DNA of 64,000 bases from the human T2T-CHM13v2.0 reference genome, Homo sapiens, in NCBI RefSeq assembly GCF_009914755.1, contig NC_060947.1; one strand, 5' to 3'. A program made the translations under genes and the position numbers. Shown here in pieces: positions 1 through 10,405 of the stretch. The notes beneath the pieces are model-generated. The model was not told the DNA's origin and searched no databases. It saw only the letters and a list, made by a program, of their open reading frames with translations. Every line of letters begins with the position of its first letter. Positions within the stretch are counted from its first letter, which is position 1.

Positions 1-980
1 TATGGAGAGGAGTATCTCTATACCTATCATAGTCTCCAAGTATAATACCTGGTTTCACTATTTCTACTTTTTTATAACTTTTTGCCTCATGTTTTTTGAC
101 AGTTTGTTTCTAGGGACATACAGATTTTGGATTGGGATGTCTTCTTGGAGAATTGACTCTTTCATTGCTGAATAAACCTAACAATATTCTTTATTTCTTC
201 ATTGTTTGAAATTTATGTAGTAATTCCAGTTTTCTTCTCATCATGAATTAATGTGGCATGTCTTTCTCAATTTCTTTACTTTTAATCTATCTGAGTCTTT
301 ACATTTAAATTGAGTTTCATGTACCTGAGATAGAAGTGGGTCTTTTTTTAAAAAAATTCATTCTGACCATATTCTTCCTTAATTGCTGCTTTTATATCAT
401 TCACATTTAAAGTGATTACTGATATAGTTGGTTTAAAATCTAACATTTTTGTAGCTTGCATGTTGCTTACTTCTTGTATTAAAGATTTTACATTATTAAT
501 TATCGTTAGCTTAAATTTCTCATCTTATAACTTCAACAACTGTGTCATATGTTAAGTCTGGCTCTGATATTTGTCTCTTCATGCTGTCTTTTTATTGTGT
601 TTTGGCATGTATTGTAATTTTGTGTTAAAAATCAGACATATATTGGGTTATAGGAACTAAGATAAATAGGACTCTAGTGAGAATTTAGTTTAAGCTGTCT
701 AGGAAGTAAGCTGTGCTTAAGGTTTTTTGTAGCTGGAGGTTCCAGAGGCTTCATATAACTCTAATATTGTTGTTTATGTCTCCCTTCTTCACTTTGGTAC
801 TTCCTGTCTATTTCTTCTTAGAAAGTCTGCATCTTGTAGCTCTTTAATTTGTAATCCACTGTTATTATATTAAAGTCCTGTTTGTGTGCCAGTAGGGTGG
901 GTGTGGTGAGATTATTTATATTCTTATAATTAAATCCCAGTCTTATATTCGGCCTTTGTCTCTGGGATATGACTTTCACC
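1..980 (-). mobile_element. Old L1 (L1MC/L1MD-type) fragment: ORF2 endonuclease start, ORF1 remnant and part of 5' UTR; continues left of the window
   Basis: Antisense similarity to L1M ORF2 N-terminus (gatgtcttcttggagaattgactc) and to the L1M4-type 5' region, ending at ggcctttgtctctgggatatgactttcac; recalled consensus. Confidence 0.7.
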
Positions 981-1244
981 CAGAGGCAAGTAGGACTTTT
1001 CTGATTATCTAAAAATGTCCTCCTTGAATGATCAACCATGTACCAGATTGACTATAGATCTGTTTGGCCATAGAGATAACATAAAATAAACAACAAAATG
1101 TGAAGAATAAGTGACAGATCTAACATTTTGAGGAGTTCAAGTTTTCTTCCATTGCAAGGAGTAAGACATAGGTAGGTACAGCCCACACACTTAGAGTTTG
1201 AAGTTGCTATGAAATCAAAAGCTCAGTTTTCTGTGTTTGGCTCC

Positions 1245-1675
1245 TGTATTTGTTTCCTAGGACTTCTATAGCAGGTACCATGCATGAATTGGGTTGCTTA
1301 GCACAACATTTACTGTCTTACAGTTCCAAAAGCTAGAAATCCAAAATTAAGGTATTGTCAAGGCCACGATCCCTCTGAAACCTGTATGGTAGAATCCTTC
1401 CTTGCCTCTTGGCTTCTGGTGGTAGTGGCCATCAATCCTTGGCATATTTTAGCTTGTATAATGTCCCTCCAATCTCTTCCTCTGTTATCTAAATCTTCAC
1501 ACGGCCATCTTCCCCTTTTATACATCAGTCTTATTATATGTAGTACTCATCATAATGGCCTTGTCTTAATCCGATTACATCTCCAAAGATCTTCCTCCCA
1601 AATAAGATAACATTCTCAGATACGAGGGGTTAGGACTTCAACATGTGCAATTTGGGGAACACCACTGAAATAACA
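1245..1675 (-). mobile_element. MLT1 (B/C-like) MaLR solo LTR
   Basis: tgtatttgtttcctagg...gggttaggacttcaacatg...taaca termini; flanks gctcc/actcc fit a decayed 5-bp TSD. Confidence 0.8.
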
Positions 1676-2405
1676 ACTCCCTTTTTGTTATTTCTCTGGT
1701 CCGTCCTTCCTATCTGTTCAATGTCGTAAAATAATGTTGCAGTAGCCTCTAGGTGAGAAGCCTTCTGTTCCTACTCTGGAAAGACGTTGTAATAGGAGAT
1801 GAATTCTCAAAGCTCTAAAAGTTCTAAAAGACATGAGCTACACAGGATGGTTGACTTTGGCAGTCTCTCGCCCAGACCTTAGAAAAAAATACCCACTTTG
1901 GCTAAGCCCAAGGGTAAGAGACCAAGAAATAGTCTGAGACAAAAGAAAAGGCAACTTTTCACAATTCAAATAATATCCAGCTCAGTTGACTATAATAGGG
2001 AGGAGTTCTCTAGGTCTTAGGGCCAAAGCTGTACATAATATAAGGGTATTTTTTTCCTTCTACATTCATTCATTAGAGATAATGGTTCCAGTTAAATGAA
2101 AAACTCTGCCTTTCTGCTTAAACTTTGATAATTTCAGATGGACGAAGGTAGACCTGAATTAGAGTTAGCTTGTAATAGTAAAACAGAGTTGAATGGCTAT
2201 ATATAAGAAGTAGGACAAGTTTGAAGTTACCTGGAGAAATCTAGGAGAAACATGGTGAAGAGAAAAACTGACAGAGGGGTGGGGGGGGAGGAGAGAATAG
2301 AGGAGCTATTAAGATGTATGAGACTGAGGCACTATGTAAATTGCAGTAAAATTTCCCTGATGGTAGGAAGGAAAAGAAACTTTTTATATGTTGTTATCTC
2401 TGTTC

Positions 2406-2846
2406 TTGGTAGAATAAATGATCTCCACCCACGATGCACACAACCTAATGCCCAGTACATGGCAAAAGAGACCTTTCAGATGTGATTAAATCGAGGATCT
2501 TGAGCATGGAGATTATCTTTAATTATATGGTGAGCCCAATGTAATAGCAAGGATCCTAATAGGAGAGAAGCCAGAAGATCAAAGCAAGAAAAAGCAGATG
2601 GAATAATGGAAGCAGAAGTCTGAGCGATTCTCTGAATATAGAGAAATGATCCATGATCCCATCTCTAGAAGCTGACAAAGGCAAGTAAACACATTCTTCT
2701 CTGCAGCCTCCAGAAGAAACCAGACGTGCTGACACTTTGATGTTAGTGAGATTTCTTTCTGACCTCAAGGGCTGTAAAAAATCTGTTTTGTTTTGAACCA
2801 CTAAGCTTGTGTCAGTTTGCTATAGCAACGATAAAAAACTAATACA
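2406..2846 (+). mobile_element. MLT1D-like MaLR solo LTR
   Basis: tacatggcaaaagagacctttcagatgtgattaaa, gcagcctccagaagaaac and terminal aaactaataca. Confidence 0.8.
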
Positions 2847-4180
2847 ATCAGGCATGCCAAAATGTTGAATTTGACTTTTTTTTCTGTTGCTGAAAGGTAC
2901 ACCACTCCTCTGTGCCCTTCCACTCCAGTCAAATTTGTGAACTTTAACATACCAGCACATATTTTGTATGAGTATGGTTGGTGTGTATATGCATATGTGG
3001 CAACTGACGAAGAGGCTGGGGTGCATTACTTTATCAGTGTTACACAGAATGGAAAAGGCAATGTGCAGGGAGGAGCTCTGAGACGGAGGTGAGCCTAAAT
3101 GCATAAGACCCCATCAACAGCCCAGAAGTTAAGGGGAGGCCTTTGTGAATCTGGTGCCAGGATAAAATCCTGTCTAGAGGTGCACTGCACAACCTCTCTC
3201 TAAAAGACATATTTAACAGAGAGTTCTCATGGCAAAAAATAAAATCTAATGGTGAAAGGGGCAAGAATCGATGGGGTGATGATTTTCAGCTACATGGAAA
3301 CTTTCATGTTTTCATAGATACTGTTTGCTGAAAAAAATTTTGCAGTAGGAAATAAATAGATTTCATGGACTGATTGACTGATGTACACAAACATAAACTT
3401 CTCTTAATCAAAGGCAACTAATTATCTCGAGATTTAAAAAATCCCAAAATCTATTTGCGCCTTGTATAATACCTGTCTTTTAGAATTCTGTTGTTCAGAA
3501 ACAAAGTATCTCTCCGAAAAAAACAAATTCTGTTGTAATACAGTGCTACAAATGGATACACATTTAGGTGGGAACTTATACACACTGGAAAAGGGCTTCA
3601 GAAATTATATGTTTAATATAATTCTAAGTTATCTAAAACAGTTAATGCTATTTTAATTACCAGAGCAGTTGAGGGTGGAGATTTTAGTACCATGGTGGGA
3701 TACAGCCTAAAGGATTCAGAATAAGCTGAATTCTATATTACAATCATGAACAAAAGACAAATGTTTCAATGTATAGAAAAATGATTGGAAGTTAATTTTG
3801 GGGACTTTGCACTTATTTGGGTAAAACATAAGCTTTATCTCACTGAATATGAATATGTATAAAGAATATTTCTTGTGCATCTGGGATGAACTACAGACTC
3901 TATATAATGACACCAGTGGTTTAGTGCTAATCTCTTTGGTGCCTAGTTCACATCTCTCATTTATGGTTGTTTCCTGTAATGGCTAGCACATTGTAGGCTC
4001 AACAATTTAATAATTATTTATAAAAATAAGTGAAGAAATTATAATTATGAGAGATCAGTGTTTTATAATTTTTATAACAAATTCATTTTCCCCTGTATTT
4101 AGAATAGTTTATGATTACACATTTTGCTTTGAGTAAAGGTGCCATCTGTAAATATACAGGAATACTATTGAATTAACCTC

Positions 4181-4674
4181 TATATTAATTTCCTATTGCT
4201 GCTCTAACAAATTAACTGGAGTGTAGTAGCTTAAAACAACACAAATGTATTCTCTTACAGTCTAGACGGCAGGAGTACAAAATGAGTCTCACTGGACTGA
4301 GATAAAGGTATTAACGGGGTGATATTCTTTCTGGAGGATCTAGAGGGAAATCCATTTTCTCACCTTTTCCACCTTCTAGAGGCCATCTGCATTCCTTAGC
4401 TTGCGGCCATTTTTACCTTCAAAGCCAGTAGCATATTATTCTCAAGTCTCTCTCTGACTCTGACCTTCTGCCTCTATCCTATAAAGACCCTTCGCATTAC
4501 ATTGGGCCTGCCCAGATAATCTAGGATAACGTCCTTATCTCAAGGTCAGTTGATTAGAAACCTTATTTCTCTATACCACCTTAATTCTCCCTTGCCATGT
4601 AATATAATATATTCAAAACTTCTAGGGATTACATCATAGACATTTTTGGGGGAAAAATTATTCTGCATACCACA
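4181..4674 (-). mobile_element. MLT1 (D/E-like) MaLR solo LTR
   Basis: tatattaatttcctattgctgct...gcttaaaacaacacaaatgtattctcttacag...ttattctgcataccaca; flanks acctc/acttc. Confidence 0.8.
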
Positions 4675-4759
4675 ACTTCTCAAATTTCTCAAACTCTCTT
4701 TCCTGGGAACTGAATCTTAGTACTGATCCAATCACCCTTACACACCTCTCACACACATG

Positions 4760-5135
4760 GTTACAGTTATAGGGCTCCTGGAACACATGCTCATATAACA
4801 TGACACTCTTACTCCAACCCTACTCATAGACCACAGTTGACTGAACCAGATAAAGATGGGCTTCTGACACCATTTGTGTGAATGTTTGTTTCCTAAATAA
4901 TTTAAAGCTGGGAATAGAATTCCAATTTCATTTTGACTGAATGATACAGACATGCAGAATGTCACGGAGGAAAAAATCTACCCAAGCTGTACCAGCCCCA
5001 AGTTCCAGATCACTGCTGAGACTCGGTTGCAATATTGACCTTCAGCTCCAGGAGACATCTAGTATACTTGTAATAATTCCCCTGTTTTGCCTATGCTAAT
5101 TAGAATATGCTCTTTTTACAACAAAAAGATTGTAT
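4760..5135 (+). mobile_element. Degenerate ERVL-type LTR (LTR33-like)
   Basis: 3' part taataattcccctgttttgcctatgctaattagaat...tacaacaaaaaga resembles the LTR33 end; highly diverged. Confidence 0.4.
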
Positions 5136-5519
5136 TCAATAACATTTATACAATATTGTTATTACTAAGAGGTACTTTATAAATGACTGAATATATAAAT
5201 GAAAATATTAAGTGAAATAATGTGTTCAACATCATATAATGGTTCACAGCAAATGCCAAGGCAAGAAGCTAGTTCTCTTGCCTTTCAGTGCAATGCTGTC
5301 TCCTCTTCCTTGTAAAAGTACTAGGTAGAAGTAAACATCAGCCTAAGGTCAATGCTACATTTGGATACAATCCACCCATGGGTACTTAAATGATCAAGAA
5401 ACCAATAAAAATTATTTGGAAGCAACTCTACATTATATTTAAAATATAGCAATTTTTCATCTAGGAGAGTACTATTTCTTTCAAAAATACGTTTAAAAAT
5501 TTATCTTCCAAGAATTTGT

Positions 5520-5658
5520 TCAGGAAAAATAGCTATTGGTACTTGGCTTATTACCTGGGTGATGAAATAGTCTGTACAACAAACCCCTGTGACATGATTT
5601 TACCTACATAACAAACCTGCACATACACCCCTGAAGCTAAAGTAAAAGTTTAAAAAAG
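5520..5658 (+). mobile_element. Short L1PA (PA13-16-like) 3' end
   Basis: tacctgggtgatgaaatagtctgtacaacaaacccctgtgacatg...aacaaacctgcacat...aaagtaaaagttaaaaaa. Confidence 0.85.
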
Positions 5659-6059
5659 GAAAAGATCAAGCTATAAACTGTACATATGACAGATCTTAAC
5701 TTTGAAAATACAGTTATTCAAAAATAAATGGATATTTACAAAAAAATAATTATTCAGTAGTTAAGTTACATGTGAACATGTAATCAAAACCTATTTGTAA
5801 AGAAACTCTGTTATTTCTCTCCTCTTACAAATGTTTCATATGTGCCCCTCCTGTCACACGGCACTCATCGATTCTGTGGTCTATTCACCACAGAATATCA
5901 CCACTACCAGTGACAGCCAGGATTTTTGTTCCTTCATTTCCTTAGGGCTATGAAAAAAAGGTGCCACATACATAAGGTTTTTAACATATATCCACAAGTA
6001 GAAGTGGCATGGTATAGTGAATTTTGTAATGTGTTCAACCATTTTTAGTAACCTTTAAA

Positions 6060-6300
6060 TATAACACAAACACACATATACATTTTTGCACTGCACATAT
6101 ATACATACACATAGACAAAAACACTAGAAGGAGGTACACCAAAATTCAAATTGTTATTATCTTTGGGCAATGAGATTACAAATTACCATGACGGTTTGTT
6201 TCCTTCTTTATATTTTTCTGTATTTTGTTGCATCTACAAACGAACATGCATTTCTTACATAATAGTAAACAGTAAATTTTATAAAGATAAAAAACAAACA
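6060..6300 (+). mobile_element. L1ME-type 3' end fragment
   Basis: acactagaaggaggtacaccaaaatt...ttatctttgggcaatgagattaca...tatttttctgtatttt. Confidence 0.55.
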
Positions 6301-7101
6301 AAACCTAAAAAATGGTTATTGTCAAACAATTGTTCACTTCTTCTAAATGGCTTTCTAATCTATTCAGTATATCCCCTTTCCACACTGCTAACCTGGAGCA
6401 GATGGCTCAATACCCCCCACCTCAATGTAAAGGTAATTCCTGGAACTGTGGCGAGGCCCAGCAGTTTGCTTTCCATGTCACTACCTGCACAGTGAGACAC
6501 TTATTTGATTCAGAGAAATGGCAGATTATTTATAATTTTCATTGTTTTTATAGTATTCTTAAGATAAATCTTAGTGAAGAATTCCTCATCTATAACCAAG
6601 AATTCTGAGTATTGAATGTATAGGAAAACTAAAATATGTGGGAAAATAAAGTGTAAGAAAACATACTGGTTTTACAGTTGGTTTTGATCCACAGTGCATT
6701 GAATTTCCATAATACGCCAATGTACAACAAGTATTCTTCCAATAAAAAACTTACATTGCAGTAATTATCTACTCTGTCGCTATTAAGGCTCTTCTACCAA
6801 CATCACTTAATGAATCTTCCCGTACAGTGTATGATAATAATACAAATTTAAATTCAGCAAATATGATATGCAACAGCAGCAATTTGCAGAAGGAGTGGGA
6901 GAAAATCTAATTTAGAGCAGATTCCTGCCTTCAAAGAAGTGACATTCTAATAGGTGATACATGGACAAATGGGAATGATTGCCAGTACATGTTTGAGCTT
7001 GTAAAGTACAATACATAGGGCTAAACTGAAATCTATAAAATGGGGGCAATGGCCTGGACAAGTGCTTTTCAAACTATTACGAAGATCCTTAATTTTTTTT
7101 T

Positions 7102-7203
7102 AACTCAAAATGTGGCAGGGCCATAGAAAAATATTTGGGGAAATTGAATCAACTCGAAATGTGACAGGGCCATAGAGAAATACTTGGAGAAATTGAATCA
7201 ACT
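7102..7203. repeat. 49-bp tandem duplication
   Basis: 7102-7150 and 7151-7199 match 44/49; aact recurs at 7200-7203. Confidence 0.95.
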
Positions 7204-8005
7204 GGGCTCTAATAGAAAGCTGTATATAAGAAGTCATATAGCTGACATATTACCAAAGAACTATGGGGACAGCAAACATCAAAATATCAACTCCAGATAT
7301 AGATACTGGTGAATGTTATAGAGAACATGTCACATGAGTCTGGTCTTGGAAAAAGGGAATTTCAATTGGAAAAGATCGAGAAAAAGAGCATTCCAAGTTG
7401 AAAGAATCACATGAATAAAGTTGAGATATGAAAGTTCATGCACATTTTGAGAATGTGAAGTTAGTGTCACTTAGAGTGTGAACATATCAGAAACAGAGTA
7501 GTAAAGACAAGACTGGAAATGTCAAGGACCAGCATGCATGGTCATAGTTGTGTTTGAAAGTTTATTTGGGAATCATTTTATCCAGACTTAGAGCTTTAAA
7601 TTTCATCCAGATGTTTATGACTCCTAAATGTGTATCTCCAGTACTATCCTTTTTCATAACTTCCAGAATCATCTAACCAACTTCCCCATAAGCATCTCCA
7701 CTTGGGTGTCTAATAAGTTTCCTTAAATAACATGTCCAAAAATCAAGAACTTGTTCTTCCCTCGGTCTTTACTAATTTGCTAAATGACAACTCTAGGCAC
7801 CTAATTACTCGTATGAAAAACCTGAGTGTTGTGTGATATTCTTATCTCCCATATTAAATCCATCCTTCATCCATGTAAACGCTAACTTTAAATATTCTAA
7901 GTCTATCCATTTCTCACCACCTCATTTTCTGAATGATCATCATCTCTCAAATGGACTACAGTAATAGTCTGACAGGTTTCTCGGTTTCCAATCTCTCATC
8001 TAGCA

Positions 8006-8029
8006 TAGACTAGACTAGACTAGACTAGA
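8006..8029. repeat. (TAGAC)n microsatellite
   Basis: tagactagactagactagactaga. Confidence 0.95.
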
Positions 8030-8367
8030 TGTTTTGTATGAAATATTTTCACTTCCATCTCCTTCACCTCCATGAAAAGCATGCATTTTCTGACTCATTG
8101 GCCAATGGAATATTAGGAAATGTGACAGAAGGAGGGCCTGAAATGAGTGTGTTTGGTATTGTCCTCTTGTGCTTCTGCTATTTCCATGATAGGACTATGC
8201 TTTGAATAGCTGCTAGTTCAAAGAAGATGACAGACATGGAGTATACTTGGGTTCAACCCACAGCCAATTCACATGCTTAAGGAAGACACAATGCTAAATT
8301 CCATATGCTCCTGAGTTTTGGAGTGGGTTGTTTCTCAGTATTATTGTATCAATCACTTATTGATATA
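8030..8367 (+). mobile_element. MLT1I/J-like MaLR LTR
   Basis: ggccaatggaatattaggaaatgtgaca...ctgagttttggagtgggttgtttctcagtattattgt...tgatata. Confidence 0.6.
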
Positions 8368-9273
8368 GACTCCAACATTCTGTAAACCACACAGCCACCC
8401 TTTAATGCTTAAATCAGACTATGGCACTCCACTGCTATCAACACTATAATAACTTTATACGTGCTTAGAATAAAATTCCATATCTATACTACTGTCTCTA
8501 AGCACCTTGCCTCTGGTTCCTGACTACCTTTTATTCACTTCATGTCAGCCACGTGGATTACACCAAGTAGGCTCACATCTAAGGGGATTTACAGTTCCAA
8601 TTCCTTCTGTCCTGTATATTTTTCCCAGGAATATTCATATGATTTACTCTTTTACTTTATTAAAATGTTACCTCTTCAGATATACCTTAACTGACTAACC
8701 AATCTAAATATTTCCCTCACTAACACACCAAGGAACCACTTGTTCACCCGCTTTATTTTTTCTTCCTAGCACTTAACACTGTTTTAAAATATATAATATA
8801 TTTGGCTGTTGCTTAATTTTGGGTCTCCTCCAATCAAAAGAAAGCTCCTTGAGAAGTTGTTCTGTCCTGTTAACTGTTATATCTCCAGTGACTAAAAGCT
8901 GTCTGGGAAATAGTAATCACTCATTGAATATCTGTCAGATAGGAAAGAAGGAAGAGAACATTTTATAGGAGATATTGGTAAGAAAAATATATATGTAATT
9001 GTAAAGGTTAAGAAGTTATTACAATAGTTTTGTGAAGGATTCTAGATAAGGGCAGAAAAACTGGAAAGAAGGGAGACTATGAGATATTTTAGAGGTAGAA
9101 TCCATGAAATTTAGTGGTTGACTGAACGCCACAATCCTGCAGCAAAGATATATCAAATATAATTATGAGAGGTCAAGTTAAGGAATCTGCAAAGGTAATT
9201 GTGACATTCAGACATGAACTCACGTCAGCAATGTACCTGAACACCAACTCTATGCCATATAGTGTGCTAAGTC

Positions 9274-9683
9274 TATATAAGCAGTTGACAACTTTTAGAC
9301 AGGAATCATGTCTGATTTATTATTTATTTATTTATTTGAGATGGAGTCTTGCTCTGTTGCCCAGGCTGGAGTGCAACGGTGCAATCTCGGCTCATTGCAC
9401 CCGGATTCAAGTGATTCTCCTGCCTTAGCCTCCTGAGTAGCTGGCATTACAGGCATCTGCCACCACGCCCGGCTAATTTTTGTATTTTTAGTAGAGATGG
9501 GTTTTCACCATGTTGTCCAGGCTGGTCTCAAACTCCTGACCTCAGGTGCTCCGTCCTCCTCAGCCTCCCAAAGTGCTGGGATTATAGCGGTGAGCCACCG
9601 CGCCAGCCCTATGGCTGATTTATCTTTGTGCTCCAGATAAATCAGACATGGCTCCTGTCTAAAAGTTGTTAACTGCTTATATA
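9274..9683. repeat. 47-bp inverted repeat flanking an Alu
   Basis: 9274-9320 is the reverse complement of 9637-9683 at 44/47 positions. Confidence 0.95.
9321..9608 (-). mobile_element. AluS (Sx-like) with (TAAA)n tail and a deletion of about 12 nt
   Basis: gagatggagtcttgctctgttgcccaggctgg...gtgagccaccgcgccagcc; TSD atgtctgatttat / atggctgatttat. Confidence 0.97.
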
Positions 9684-10405
9684 AAAAGGCAGAATTTCAT
9701 TGAAATGTGCTGAAGTGCTATGATAGATATTTGCACACGGGGGCAACACACTTCCACACATAAGAATGCAGATAGAAAACATAGGAACAGAAGCAGGTTT
9801 GCAGGAAAATATAAGTTTGGCTCTAGTTATGATGGATTTGAAACTCAAAATGAAGATGCCAGCAGTTCACATTATCTGAAATTTGAGGGCAAGGATTTGG
9901 TTAGATATCTGGAATCATCAGAGCTATTAACAAAGGAGTGATTGGTTTGGAGGAGATCATCTCAGGAGAGTACATGAACAAAAGAGCAGTGACCTAACAA
10001 CAGAACTCTGGGATGCTAAATAGCTAGGAGATGAGCAGAGAAATAGAGGACTGTGAAGGAGATTAGATAGAAGATGTCAGATGGGAAAGGAAATAAGAGA
10101 GGGAAGTTTGGCTGGAGCCAAAAGAAAAACCAATTTCAAGCAGGAAGAAATTATTGAGATTGGAAGACATCTTCTAGAAGGTCATTCATTTTATAGTTGA
10201 ACTAAACTAACAATAACATGACCTATCCATACTTCTATGTATCCCTTCATCAACTCATTTATTCAATAAGTATTTATTGAGCACCTACAATTATGCATCA
10301 AGTAGGATGCTTTATTCTGATAAATATAAAGGTCTTTCCCTCATGTGGTCTTTAGTCTAGCTAGGGAAATATGCATTAACAAGTTATTTAAAAAATACAT
10401 ATATA

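Larger units (their letters stand above)
7570..8945 (+). mobile_element. L2 3' portion, interrupted by an MLT1 LTR
   Basis: catctccacttgggtgtctaataag, atggactacagtaatagtct, cttcctagcacttaacact, atctccagtgactaaaag. Confidence 0.7.

Noticed and set aside
7102-7203. CRISPR-like repeat array
   Set aside because: Only two abutting copies, no spacers, eukaryotic context; no array seen anywhere in the window.
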